NCBI GenBank assembly: GCA_027036135.1
Contig: JALVSY010000007.1
Span: 484,880 to 548,879, forward strand
Origin: Pyrodictiaceae archaeon
Lineage (GTDB): Archaea > Thermoproteota > Thermoprotei_A > Sulfolobales > Pyrodictiaceae
Direction of reading: 5' to 3'
DNA: 64,000 nucleotides
The position numbers and the translations under genes are program-made. Shown here one piece after another: positions 18,633-29,807 of this stretch. Position 1 is the stretch's first letter; the number at the start of each line of letters is the position of its first letter. The notes below the pieces were generated by a model. It made no database searches. It was not told the origin of the DNA and was given only the letters and a program-made list of their open reading frames with translations.

Positions 18633-21311
18633 ATGAAAAGAAATATATTAATTAGCAAATATCATAGCATTATTATCTTGTTATTGATTAGTACTATAGC
18701 TATAATAGTAATTCATTGGAAAGTATTTGAAAGTTATGCTTGGCCTAAAGTAGTACTGATAACAGATAAAATAGGAATATTTACTAAAATAGCGCTAATT
18801 TTAGGAATTAATCCTATAAGATTTAAAGAGATTTTATATATGTTATTTGATTTTATTTCATTATTAATAATTATTTTATCTATTAGAAAATTTAATGTTA
18901 GATTTAATATATTAAGTATTATTACAATGCTGGCTGCTCTGCTCTATTTTGTGTTCTATCCATATAATAGGCTTATGGATGCGTGCTTCAGAGGCTTATA
19001 TGTATTAATGACATTAGGATCTTCATTATCAATTTATGCATTAATATCTATAATAAGCGATAAAAATATAAAACAAACCATAAAGGATTCGTTTATATAT
19101 TCTTTGTTTTTACTTATAGTATTCATTACGGTAGGACAGTGGGATCCTAGGATATTTCTTTATCCATTAATAATTATATTATCTATTACTATAATACAAT
19201 TCATAATACTGATAATCAGTAGATATGTAAAATTCTTTATTAAATCCCTAATATTTATTGTACCTCTTACTATATTGCTTTATGCAGTAGGAAAAATTAG
19301 AATGAAGCTGGCAGAGTCAATATCACCTATAGTACCGTTTAACTTAAATGCATTTCTTGGCTTCTATGATGTATTTCACTTAACTTCAGGAACTTCATGG
19401 ATTTTAGTGAATAAGCCTTCTTTAACTTTAATTCATGTGGCTTCATTATTGCTTACAGTTGATTTATTATTGATCATATTGTTCCTTACAGTAATGCATT
19501 CTGTAGATGAACAAATTTATAATATAAGAGCATATATATATGCTCTTATATTAATATATATAAGTATTATGATATTTGAATTAAATATACATAATGTAGT
19601 CAAATTTTTCTTAATGAATAGAGAAGATGGATTTTTATTTGCTAAATTATCTATTATAAAATATATATTATTAATGTTTAGGGTACCAAGATTTATGGAC
19701 TTTACTAATAAAACAATTATAACAACACTAATTATACTAGCTGGCTACCTAATATCTAAGGTAAACAAAATATCTGAATCAAGTACAAGGATAAATGCTA
19801 TATTAATACTAATTATGATAATATCATTGTCTCTAGCCTTGTGTAATGGATTTATGTTAAGGCCGCTTATAAATAGAGGAGCTATATTTAATCCAAACCC
19901 GAAATCAATAACTTTCTTAGGTATACCTAGCAAGATACTGACCAGGAGCTTTCCTATTGCTGATTGGAATAAGGAGAAAATATTGCTTAACTCTTTCTTA
20001 TTCGGTAAAATAAAGATTGGTTCATTACAGCTCTATGATCATGGGGTAATACCAATAGAGTTTAAGCCATATGCAGATAAATTTATAAGGGCTGGATTTT
20101 TTGTTAAAATTGTGCGCCTACATAAATTTTTTGCTGTTGTGCTGCTTAATAGGACATTGTTATATGGCCGACCAATTCTTATACCGCAGGGACTTTATCT
20201 AGGAAGTATTGTCTGGTCAAAAGGTTATGTACCAATATACCTGGATCAAATAATTCCAAGAAGATATGCTAAGGAACTTATAAATTTGCATTTGCCAATA
20301 GTTATATATAAAAATAAATATATTATAGAAAAGAACTTAGCCGTATGGCTTCTACTAAATAGAGTAGTAGATATTAATAACTCTAACTTGATTATATTGG
20401 TTCCTTCAAAATATACTACATGTTTTATTTCTAGCCTTACCTGTTGGAGTCCGGGCTTTATAGGGGATCCGCATCAAGGAATATTCTATGAACCAGGAAA
20501 CTATGAATATGATTATACGTATAAATTAAATTGGGGAGTTATTCAGGGAAGAGACGTTTATAAACCATTTATTATGCACTTTTTCTCCAAGAGGACAGGT
20601 AACTATATAATATTGTTAAGACTCATGAGTACTGGTAAAGGAATATTAGATATTTATATTGATAATATGAAATATAGTTTAGCTATAAATAGGACAGAAA
20701 CTATTGATTCCCGATTAGGATTTATATGGTTTAATATATCCAATGTTACAATTCAGAAAGGTATACATACTTTAAGAATATACTGGATTTCTAGAAATAA
20801 AAATCATCCAACTATATATATAAATTTAGTATTAATAATTCCGAGAAAATTATGGCAACAAGCATTTGAGTATGCCATGAAGTATATAGAGAAATATGGG
20901 ATTAATATGATAAATTTACAAAAATTCTTTAAAAAATCTCAAATACATATAAAGGAAAGTATAGAAAATTATCCATTTATTGGTAAAAAGATAATTATTA
21001 AAATAACAGTATTTAACGCAAATATTTCTCCAATAGCATTTGATACCAGAATACTATGGGGTTATACCTTAAGAGTGCATGGTAGCGGAACTCGTATCAT
21101 ACTATCAGTTCCTATAGATTACGTAAAAGCAGGTATACTGGTTGTTCCTTATTCAAAGAATTTTAGTATTTACATCGAAGGCTATGAAGGCTACACGACT
21201 CCGAAAGGCTTATTAGAGATACTTTTTGCTGATATTGCAACAGTAGTATTACTTTATTTTATCTTTACAGAAGCTTATAAGATAAAACGGTATTCGATAA
21301 AATATAAGTAG
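18633..21311 (+). CDS. large multipass membrane protein, possible GT-C glycosyltransferase with a beta-rich extracellular domain
   Basis: 892 aa ORF in AT-rich DNA; many hydrophobic segments in the first ~410 aa, FRVPRF motif, beta-rich soluble region, C-terminal TM. Confidence 0.5.
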   Translation: MKRNILISKYHSIIILLLISTIAIIVIHWKVFESYAWPKVVLITDKIGIFTKIALILGINPIRFKEILYMLFDFISLLIIILSIRKFNVRFNILSIITMLAALLYFVFYPYNRLMDACFRGLYVLMTLGSSLSIYALISIISDKNIKQTIKDSFIYSLFLLIVFITVGQWDPRIFLYPLIIILSITIIQFIILIISRYVKFFIKSLIFIVPLTILLYAVGKIRMKLAESISPIVPFNLNAFLGFYDVFHLTSGTSWILVNKPSLTLIHVASLLLTVDLLLIILFLTVMHSVDEQIYNIRAYIYALILIYISIMIFELNIHNVVKFFLMNREDGFLFAKLSIIKYILLMFRVPRFMDFTNKTIITTLIILAGYLISKVNKISESSTRINAILILIMIISLSLALCNGFMLRPLINRGAIFNPNPKSITFLGIPSKILTRSFPIADWNKEKILLNSFLFGKIKIGSLQLYDHGVIPIEFKPYADKFIRAGFFVKIVRLHKFFAVVLLNRTLLYGRPILIPQGLYLGSIVWSKGYVPIYLDQIIPRRYAKELINLHLPIVIYKNKYIIEKNLAVWLLLNRVVDINNSNLIILVPSKYTTCFISSLTCWSPGFIGDPHQGIFYEPGNYEYDYTYKLNWGVIQGRDVYKPFIMHFFSKRTGNYIILLRLMSTGKGILDIYIDNMKYSLAINRTETIDSRLGFIWFNISNVTIQKGIHTLRIYWISRNKNHPTIYINLVLIIPRKLWQQAFEYAMKYIEKYGINMINLQKFFKKSQIHIKESIENYPFIGKKIIIKITVFNANISPIAFDTRILWGYTLRVHGSGTRIILSVPIDYVKAGILVVPYSKNFSIYIEGYEGYTTPKGLLEILFADIATVVLLYFIFTEAYKIKRYSIKYK

Positions 21312-21367
21312 TGTGTGCAAACATGGTTATTAGAATATAAAATATAAAGACGATTAGGATGAAATAG

Positions 21368-22600
21368 ATGATGAGTAGATCGGGTAGAGACGAGAGTTCA
21401 TCAATATGTAGGAGGATGGTGAAGGGTCACCCTATAATTATTTATGTTTCTCCATTTAAGCCTGAACCAGGTTCTGAGTATCACGAGTATTTTGTTAGAA
21501 CACTTAGGAAACATGGAGTGCCAGTAATAGTACTTGCTGGTATACCTAGGTCTGAAGATTATAAAAAGAAATATGGTTCCATTGAAAAATACGGTAATAT
21601 TATAGTTTTTAGATCGTTCTGGGCCCCTAGGATACAGTCGATGAAAACATTTTTTTCAAGTATAAAATATGCCGTGTTATCGTTAAGATCTTTAATAAGG
21701 GTAATAGGTATTGCTAAAAAGCTCTCGTCATCTGTAATAGTTATTTTTAATTATGGAGCTACCAGGGAACCAGGTATTATATTAGGTGAGCACCACCCCT
21801 TAGGTATGCTTCTTGCAAGGCTTGCTGGCGCAAAGGTTGTATGGATTATACATAACTTTCTAACAACTACCCAATTAAAGAGAGAGGTTAGAGAACATGG
21901 CCTTCCTAGGTTAATTAGTCTCTTTGTTATACTTTATTATATTTTTATTAATAAACTTGCGGCCATATCTTCGCATAAAATAGTAGTTCTTGTAAACGGT
22001 CCGAATGCATACATAACGGAGTATTTTAAAGAGATACTAAAAGAAAAGAGAAAGGTTATTGAAGAGGTTCATCCTGTATTTATGGATAATAATATAAATA
22101 TAAATAATAGTGCTAATAGTATATTAAGTAATATATATAATAAAAAGTCTTATATATTAATAGGATGTATAGGATATATAAGACGAGGAAAAGGATATCA
22201 TGTTTTATTAGATTGGCTTAGAAAGCTTAAGAATAAAAATTATGATCTTTATCTTAAATTGAGGGTTCTTATTGCCGGATTTGTTGCAGATAAAAGAGAT
22301 ATAGCTAACTTACAGTATATTATAGAGCTTATAAAAATGAAAAAAAGATATAAATTAAATAATGTTATATTTTTATTAAATAATTTAACTGATGAGGAAT
22401 TTAAAAAGTTAATTAGTATTAGTGATGTAATCTGGTGCGCTTACGAGAAAGATTATGGTCCTAGCGGAATATTAGCATGGGCCAAAGGATACAAGAAAAG
22501 AGTTATTATAAATAACTCTTCAATTTGGGCAGGAGAAGAGCCGACTAAGATCAATACATTTAGTGAGCATGTAAGCAGAATATTAGAGAGCCTTGATTAA
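21368..22600 (+). CDS. GT4-like glycosyltransferase
   Basis: GYIRRGKG, LIAG, SDVI..Y, SGIL. Confidence 0.7.
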   Translation: MMSRSGRDESSSICRRMVKGHPIIIYVSPFKPEPGSEYHEYFVRTLRKHGVPVIVLAGIPRSEDYKKKYGSIEKYGNIIVFRSFWAPRIQSMKTFFSSIKYAVLSLRSLIRVIGIAKKLSSSVIVIFNYGATREPGIILGEHHPLGMLLARLAGAKVVWIIHNFLTTTQLKREVREHGLPRLISLFVILYYIFINKLAAISSHKIVVLVNGPNAYITEYFKEILKEKRKVIEEVHPVFMDNNININNSANSILSNIYNKKSYILIGCIGYIRRGKGYHVLLDWLRKLKNKNYDLYLKLRVLIAGFVADKRDIANLQYIIELIKMKKRYKLNNVIFLLNNLTDEEFKKLISISDVIWCAYEKDYGPSGILAWAKGYKKRVIINNSSIWAGEEPTKINTFSEHVSRILESLD

Positions 22601-23738
22601 ATTTAGGCTTTCAACTTCTTCCTATAATATAAGGATTATTGTGCTTGTTGTTACTTATAATTCTGTGGGTTTTGTTGGAAGGCTTTGTGGCTCTATTCTT
22701 TCCCAGGATTATGATTTGTCGCGTGTCTTGGTCGTTGTTGTTGATAATGGATCTGTTGATGGTACTGTTGAGGAGTTTTTGAGGTGTCTGGAGAAGGGCA
22801 GTGTTAACTATGTTGTTGTTAAGCTTGGTAGGAACTTGGGGTTTACTCCTGCTAATAATGTTGGCTTGGCTCTGGCTAGCAGGGTTTTGGGCGGGTTTGG
22901 TGACAAAGTTGTTCTCTTGTTGAATCCTGATACTTATTTGCTTGATAAAGGGTTTTTCCGCGTAGTTGATAGGGTTTCCAGCGCTTTACCTGTGGTGGGG
23001 TTTGCTACTGTTTCGGGCGAGGGCGGTGAGGTTGTTGATAGTATAGGTATGTTTGTTGATTTTCTTGGGAATCCGCAGGACTTGTTCTGCTGTGTTAGGT
23101 TTACTCCTAGGCTTCGTAGGCTGGTTCTCGATGTTCTTCCTCGGCTTTGCTTGGTCCCGCTTGTTTGTTTCGCGGCTGTTGCTATACGTGGTGATGTTAT
23201 CTCTAGGCTTGGTTTTTTGAGGAATGACTACGTGATGTACTTTGATGATACTGAGTATTGTCTCCGGTTGTGGAGTAGCGGTGTTCCTGTGGCCGTGTAT
23301 AGGGGGTTTATGGTTTGGCATGCTCGTGGGGGGACGCAGAGGAGCCGAGGAGATCCTAGGGGTAGGAGCGACCAAGTATTCATGGACATACCTTATCATT
23401 TCGCGAAGAACAACTTGTTGCTAGTATATGAGTATCTTGGGCCTATTCGCTATTTTCTGCGGCTTCTGCTCTACGGAGTAATAGGAGCCATTTGGCGTAG
23501 GAGATACCTAGCGTTCGCGATCACTGATAGCATAAGACTTATAGTTAAGAGAGGGGTCCGGAGAAGGAGGCTCCCGAGGGGCCTTGTACCATTCAGTCCC
23601 AGGACGTGGACGCTCCTATGGGCGTTGAAATATTTTATAAGGTATCCGGCGAGAGGACTGAGCGAAGCAATATCCTATGGAACCAAGAGGGCCTCACTAG
23701 AATATATAAGGCTTCGTGTCTTGAAAAGACTTCGCTGA
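22593..23738 (+). CDS. GT2 family glycosyltransferase
   Basis: VVTYNS, VVDNGSVD, NLGFTPANN, LLNPD, YFDDTEYCLR. Confidence 0.9.
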   Translation: MIKFRLSTSSYNIRIIVLVVTYNSVGFVGRLCGSILSQDYDLSRVLVVVVDNGSVDGTVEEFLRCLEKGSVNYVVVKLGRNLGFTPANNVGLALASRVLGGFGDKVVLLLNPDTYLLDKGFFRVVDRVSSALPVVGFATVSGEGGEVVDSIGMFVDFLGNPQDLFCCVRFTPRLRRLVLDVLPRLCLVPLVCFAAVAIRGDVISRLGFLRNDYVMYFDDTEYCLRLWSSGVPVAVYRGFMVWHARGGTQRSRGDPRGRSDQVFMDIPYHFAKNNLLLVYEYLGPIRYFLRLLLYGVIGAIWRRRYLAFAITDSIRLIVKRGVRRRRLPRGLVPFSPRTWTLLWALKYFIRYPARGLSEAISYGTKRASLEYIRLRVLKRLR

Positions 23739-24701
23739 AGCCTAGAAGCATTTTATATTATGCTAGTTTACATGTAGACTAATGTATCTTTTGATATATT
23801 TAATACCAATTTAGCGCTGTAAAGACTTGATAAAACAAAAGGTAATAATGAAGAATATATTATGTTTTATCTTTCCATACCCCTATAATAATAATGTACC
23901 TTGTCATACTGATATTATTATTATGATTTTTATTGAAAATAAGAGAAGCAGGTGATATTTTCCCGCCCCCTCTTGTAGCCACTCATAGCAGGGATTCAAG
24001 CTTGTGGGTTTGGAGACCGAGTGTCTCTATTGTGTACTTCTACGTTGTTAAGCATGGGGTATAGTTTTGCTAAACACGGTGATAAAGGTTCTGTCATAGT
24101 TTTATATGTTCGCTGATAACAGAATAGATTAATTAAATGGTAGACAACGTCCTCCACTATTTTTCTTAAGTGGCTTAGCCCGGGGCCGTCTGCTTCTCCT
24201 CGGCAACCACTTTTTAGGAGATGTTCTTAGAGACGTTCTTAAGGATAAGCGGATGCTATCTAGGGCAATTAGTTATGATTATGAGAAGGAGATGTTAACG
24301 AAGAGGAAGTATAAAGTCTCCTGCTCCGAAGTTGATGAAATTCTGTGTAAATACTTGGCTTGGAGAAAGATTCTTGCGAGTATTGCAATAAAACCGATAA
24401 ATATTCATCATCTAATTCTATAATATTGTTTGACTAGGCGAGGGAAGGCGTGTTCAGAGCTTGAGCCTAGAGGAGTCATTCTTAATATCGACCTTATGTA
24501 GAGGTAGGTAAGGACGCGTATCTAAGCGGGAGGGAGTGATTAGTAAGCTGGACGGGGATCTAGTGATGCATGCACGGCTCATGGAGCCTCATACAGCTAC
24601 AGGATACATTTAAAGTAGAAGGGATTATCATGGCTATACAGCTGGCTTTGCAACACTGCTAAAGGGGCCCAGAGGACTCAGGAGGTGGCAAGGATTTAGC
24701 T

Positions 24702-26201
24702 ATGAGCAGGGGACTCGCTACCGCACTACAGAGGATAGTTAAGGGTTCTGGATTAGTGCTTGCCGGGGCTCTCGTAGCCCTAGTTCTTAACTTCTTTAGC
24801 AAGCTTATTCTTGCTAGGGGCTTCTCGGTATCCGATTATGGTGTGTTCAACCTTGCTATAGCTGTTCTTAGCTTCTTGGGCCTCCTTGTTGCTCTGGGTC
24901 TTCCTGAGGGTGTTGCGAGAGAGGTGTCTTATTACAGGGTCAAGGATCCTGGGAGAGTAGAGAGTATTGTATCGATGTCGTTTTTCTTGGCCTTGGTTGC
25001 GGGTGTTGTTGGAGGTGTTTCTCTGTTCTTTACCTCGGGTGTGCTGGCTGGGTTTCTCCGTGTGCCTATGCTCTCGTTTGCGCTTCGTGCTCTCTCGTTT
25101 GCTCTCCCATTCCAGGCCTTGCTTACTTTGGTAGTTTCTGTTGCTAGAGGTTTTGGGAGAGTTAGAGAAAAGATATTCTTTCAAGATATCGGTGTCTCGT
25201 TGTTCTGGCTCTTGGGACTCCTTTTCGTCTATTTTGTTAGTCTTCCCTTCTGCTACGTGTTCGTGGCGTATGTGGCGGCGTATGCTTTGTCCCTTGCTGC
25301 TCTCTTGGCTTATGAGAGGAGCCGGGGGCTGCTGAGCCTTGGTCTTGTATTTGACCCAGGGCTTGCTGCTAGGCTCTTATCGTTCTCCTTGCCTCTCCTC
25401 TTCACGGGTGTCATGGGCTTTGTCATGAACTGGACTGATACCTTGATGCTTGGTTATCTTCGGGGTCCTCGCGTGGTTGGTGTGTATAATGCTGCTGCTC
25501 CTCTTGCTAGGCTTTTAACGGTGCCTATAGGGGTTGCTGGCTTCATGTTTCTCCCCGTGGTTTCCGAGCTGTATGCTCGTGGCGAGATGAGTGAGCTTCG
25601 GAGGGTTTACCAGGTTGTGGCTAAGTGGCTTTTCCTGGTTTCTCTTCCGCTCTTTGCGGCGTATGTGTTGTTCCCTGGGCTCGTTGTATCGGTGGTTTTT
25701 GGTGCTAGGTATATTGGTGGTTCTGTGGCGCTTGTTGTTCTCTCGCTGGGCTTCATATTCCATGTCTTAATGGGTCTTAATGGTATGAGCTTGGTAGCGC
25801 TTGGCGAGACTAGGCTTATAGCTCTCTATAACCTAGTGGCGGCTCTTCTCAACGTGGTACTGAATGCTCTGCTCATACCTGTCTATGGCATTGTTGGTGC
25901 TGCTGCTGCTACGGCGGCCTCATATATATTGGGGAACACGTTGTCAACATTGAGGCTCTATAAAGAGTATAGAGTTCAGCCCTTTTACGCTAGCTATGTG
26001 AAAACCTTGGGGATTGCATTCCTGTTGCTAATTGCGTTGAAGGCACTAAGTATGAGGGCGCCTGGATGGTTAGGTGCAGGCCTCTATATCTCTTTATATA
26101 TGATATTCTTTCTCTTACTCCTTGTGGTCACGAGAAGTATTGATAGAGAGGATGTAGAATTACTTCGAGTATTAAGGGGGGTCTTAGCTCAAAAGTTTTA
26201 G
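24702..26201 (+). CDS. Wzx/MOP-family polysaccharide flippase
   Basis: Hydrophobic throughout; YGVFNLA, WTDTLMLGY, VGVYNAA, LNALLIPVYGIVGAAAAT. Confidence 0.92.
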   Translation: MSRGLATALQRIVKGSGLVLAGALVALVLNFFSKLILARGFSVSDYGVFNLAIAVLSFLGLLVALGLPEGVAREVSYYRVKDPGRVESIVSMSFFLALVAGVVGGVSLFFTSGVLAGFLRVPMLSFALRALSFALPFQALLTLVVSVARGFGRVREKIFFQDIGVSLFWLLGLLFVYFVSLPFCYVFVAYVAAYALSLAALLAYERSRGLLSLGLVFDPGLAARLLSFSLPLLFTGVMGFVMNWTDTLMLGYLRGPRVVGVYNAAAPLARLLTVPIGVAGFMFLPVVSELYARGEMSELRRVYQVVAKWLFLVSLPLFAAYVLFPGLVVSVVFGARYIGGSVALVVLSLGFIFHVLMGLNGMSLVALGETRLIALYNLVAALLNVVLNALLIPVYGIVGAAAATAASYILGNTLSTLRLYKEYRVQPFYASYVKTLGIAFLLLIALKALSMRAPGWLGAGLYISLYMIFFLLLLVVTRSIDREDVELLRVLRGVLAQKF

Positions 26202-26447
26202 TCTCTTCGTTCTTGCAGACAAGCGTGCATAGTGTCGGAGACTGTGAGATGGTGAGACCTTGTTTCACGATTTTATCTTTTGGGAATTATATTGGGTTAT
26301 TTGTGCATTTGTGGCCTTATACTAGGCGTAAAGGTTTTCGGTTGAGGGACGGATTTTTATGCTGTCTTTAATTCTGTGCGGCGGAGGACTTGTATGGGCT
26401 GTTATGTATGTAGTGCTTAGTAGTCTTGGTGCTGGTTTGGTTATGCC

Positions 26448-27668
26448 ATGGGGGGTGGGTTCATGAGGATAGCGCATGTGGTGCAACGCTATAGGCCTGC
26501 TTCCTTAACGGGCTCTGAGCGCTATATAGATGCATTAACAATTTATATGCTGGCTAGGGGTCACAAGGTTGACGTATATACTTCCACGGCTCTAGACTGG
26601 TGCAGGCTTTTCGTCCCCTTCGGGCAAGCACTCCCGCAGGGCGTCGAGGATTATGGTTACTTGAGAATTGTGAGGCTCAAACCCAGCTACTTCAAGCAAC
26701 TCACATCAACGGCGCTCTGCCTCCTATTGAAATTACCTCTCCCCTGTTTTCTCCGCGGCCCTAGGCTATCTAGTCTATCTAGCTTGATGCTAGAGGATTA
26801 CGACATTATTGGAGTAACCCCTGCCCCTTTCCCATATTTACTGGATACGCTGCGGGCTGCGAGGAGAATCGGCGCAGGGCTTGTAGTAATGCCTTTTATG
26901 CACTTTGATCTAAGAGAATACCGTAACCCTTACCTGCTCTCAGTTATTGGTGCAGCCGACGCTGTTATTGCCGCAACTCCCTGCGAGGCAAAAATATTGA
27001 TGCGCGTATATGGCGCTAGGAGGGTCCGGGTTGTTGAGCCTGGTTTATGGATTAGAGAGTGGCTTCAAGGCATGCCGGGTAGAGAGGAGGCAAGGCTCAA
27101 GCTCGGTCTAGGAGAGGACGAATTCGTTATCTTACTTCCCCATAGGGCACGGGCTAAGGGGGCCTACCACGTGCTCGAGGCAGCAACGATCGTTGCGAGG
27201 AAGGGTATTCCAATCAGTGTCCTTGTCTTCGGCTTTGTTAAAGACAAGGGATTCGAGAGGCTAAAACGCCTAGCAACTATTAACGGTGTTAAAGTAAAGG
27301 ATCTCGGAGCCGTTGATGAAGTAACGAAGAAGATCCTATACGCGGCAAGCGATATATTAGCGCAACCATCCATAGCTGATTCCTTCGGAATAGTGTACCT
27401 AGAGGCATGGGCAGCGCGGAAACCAGTAATAGCAGCTGATACCCTTGCCATGAAGTGTGTCGTGAGGCATGGTGTTGATGGTTTCCGCGTACCTTTTGGA
27501 AACGTTAAGGCACTAGCAGAGAAGTTTCTAAGACTAGCACTTGACCCGGGGCTCAGAGAGCAAATGGGTGAAGCAGGCTATAGGAAGGTTATAAGGCGAT
27601 ACGATTGGAGGATAATTGGTAAGAGAATGGAGGAAGTATACTATGAAGTCGCATCCTCGGCTCAATGA
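26448..27668 (+). CDS. GT4 family glycosyltransferase
   Basis: GSERY, DSFGIVYLEAWAARKPVI, YDW near C-terminus. Confidence 0.9.
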   Translation: MGGGFMRIAHVVQRYRPASLTGSERYIDALTIYMLARGHKVDVYTSTALDWCRLFVPFGQALPQGVEDYGYLRIVRLKPSYFKQLTSTALCLLLKLPLPCFLRGPRLSSLSSLMLEDYDIIGVTPAPFPYLLDTLRAARRIGAGLVVMPFMHFDLREYRNPYLLSVIGAADAVIAATPCEAKILMRVYGARRVRVVEPGLWIREWLQGMPGREEARLKLGLGEDEFVILLPHRARAKGAYHVLEAATIVARKGIPISVLVFGFVKDKGFERLKRLATINGVKVKDLGAVDEVTKKILYAASDILAQPSIADSFGIVYLEAWAARKPVIAADTLAMKCVVRHGVDGFRVPFGNVKALAEKFLRLALDPGLREQMGEAGYRKVIRRYDWRIIGKRMEEVYYEVASSAQ

Positions 27669-28809
27669 CGTCATCGGTATGCTTGTAAACGGTGAGCTAA
27701 GAAACACTCTATCCAGTCACTATCATAGCATCCTTCACAGGGTTGCAGAGATTAGTACATCGGCTAAGGGAGCGCGCCACGTACTCCTAGGAATAGCGTA
27801 TCGCATTGCCCGTAGATTAGGGTTGCTTAGCAGCCCTGCTGTCGGCGAATTAACTTGGGAAATGAATCTCCTTGCCTTGCTCGATATCGTGTATCGTGGA
27901 CCCGAATATAAGCCGTTAATCGAGGCGCTCGACAAGGACGGAAAAGAGACATTAGCGCTATATATATCTGGGCTTGCGTGTCAGACTGGTGTCCAGCAGC
28001 TATGCGAAAAAGCGAAGACGCTCTTTGAGGAGAAATGTCGCTTGCTAGAAGCAATAAGAAAAAGAATACATGTCATACGCAAGCTAGGTGTGAGCCATAC
28101 AAGTGGCCGACCAATATTGCTAGTTAGAATATATGACCCTATAGGCCCGCCTCGCCTTCTTACAGACAGTCTTGACATATTAACAGAGAGCATAGCAACT
28201 ATTAAGCCAAACATATTTAAGAAAATTATTAACAATGCAACGTCGCTAGCAGTACTCGACGTTGGAGCATACAATGGCGAGACCAGTACCAGGTATGCAG
28301 CATTAATGCTCCGCGAAGGAATAAAAGGGACTGTATACGCTATCGAGCCTGACCCGGTATCATACAAGCTCCTAGAATATAATGCACGTCTCTTAGGGCA
28401 TCCAATAAGAACCATCCACGCCTTCCTCGCCTCGAATTATGGTTATGAGATGCTCGTTCCACGGGGTCCTTCTTCGTCCATGTCGAGTATTGCAGGGGCG
28501 GCGGGAAAAGTAAGAATCCGGGTTATACCAGCACACGTTATTGTGGAAAGGGCCTTGAACGAGTCAAACGCGGATCATCTGCACGTAAGAATAGATACAG
28601 AAGGCGCAGAGGACCTCATAATAAACGACCTAATCAATACATTTAAGAGGCTCAGAAGCTTTTCAGCTGAAATAGCTGTTTATCACCGCTTAGGGGATCT
28701 TCTTAAATTCTATAACAAACTGAAGGGCATAGCAACTGGTTTTACACTTGTATGGGCCTCATGCGATTTTCGAGACCTTATGCTCGTCGCTTATAGAGCA
28801 GCTCTCTAG
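27643..28809 (+). CDS. FkbM family SAM-dependent methyltransferase
   Basis: VLDVGAYNG, YAIEPD, IDTEGAE, IAVYH. Confidence 0.85.
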   Translation: MKSHPRLNDVIGMLVNGELRNTLSSHYHSILHRVAEISTSAKGARHVLLGIAYRIARRLGLLSSPAVGELTWEMNLLALLDIVYRGPEYKPLIEALDKDGKETLALYISGLACQTGVQQLCEKAKTLFEEKCRLLEAIRKRIHVIRKLGVSHTSGRPILLVRIYDPIGPPRLLTDSLDILTESIATIKPNIFKKIINNATSLAVLDVGAYNGETSTRYAALMLREGIKGTVYAIEPDPVSYKLLEYNARLLGHPIRTIHAFLASNYGYEMLVPRGPSSSMSSIAGAAGKVRIRVIPAHVIVERALNESNADHLHVRIDTEGAEDLIINDLINTFKRLRSFSAEIAVYHRLGDLLKFYNKLKGIATGFTLVWASCDFRDLMLVAYRAAL

Positions 28810-29024
28810 TCATGTGTAGTATATTGTTGTGCTATCTCTTATGGCAAGTAATAGTAGGCCGGAAACGATAGTAAATAAGATAACGATGTCTCATAGCGTA
28901 TAGCTTGGTGCAGCGTCTTAATAAACGATGGTCACATGGTTTACATCTTTCTTTAGCCATGTTCTTTAAATAAAAGGATGACGGGTAGTGCCTGGCTGCC
29001 AACAGTCTTACCGGTTGTCATGCA

Positions 29025-29807
29025 ATGGTCAAGGTTGTTGAGGCTACGAGGCCCCAGGTAGTATTCCACCTAGCAGCATTAACCCCAGTTTCTGAGAGCT
29101 TTTCACCAGCCAGTAACCTATGCAGAGATAAACTATATTGGACAGTAAACCTGCTCGAGGCTCTCCGGAGACACGGCTTTGAGCAACTTCGGCTCTTCGT
29201 ACTAGCTGGCACCACGGAGATGTACGATACCCCGGAACCTATTGAGGATGGCCGGGCTTTTAGCCCAAAGAGCCCCTATGCGGTCAGCAAAGTCGCTGCA
29301 ACGTACTATAACGAGTATATGTGGCATACATACAGGATGCCGACAGTAACAGTTATCCCCACAAATACCTACGGGAGGGCACATGTGGGACAGAGACACT
29401 TCTTCATAGAGAAAATAATTACCAGCATGCTCCTCGGTGCCAAGGAGATAAAACTAGGCAACCCAGAGACCATAAGAGACTGGATGTTCCGCGAAGACCA
29501 CGTCAATGCATACATAAAGGTAATGGAGGCAGCACTTAACGGAAAAGAAGTATTCGGTCAAAGATTCTACTTCGGTACAAGCAAGGACTATATAACCAGA
29601 GAGACGTTCGAAAAAGTTAAGCGGCTCATAGGCTGGGAGGGCCGTGCTATTTGGAACGTATACCTACGCCCAAATGATAGCAAAAGAATAATCGTCAACC
29701 CCGAGAGAGCAAAGAAAGTACTGGGCTGGGCTCCGCGCTACAATCTCGAGGAAGGGCTACGAAGAGCCATAAACGAGTGGAAAGAAGTACTCAGCCTAAC
29801 CTCATAG
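29025..29807 (+). pseudogene. 5'-truncated NDP-sugar dehydratase/epimerase (extended SDR)
   Basis: FHLAA and SPYAVSK present but N-terminal GxxGxxG absent; compensating frameshifts around 29100-29141. Confidence 0.75.

Noticed and set aside
23740-24700. About 1 kb AT-rich gap, possible ncRNA or gene remnant
   Set aside because: Only a short frame near 24210-24420 weakly like a GT C-terminus; no supportable structure.
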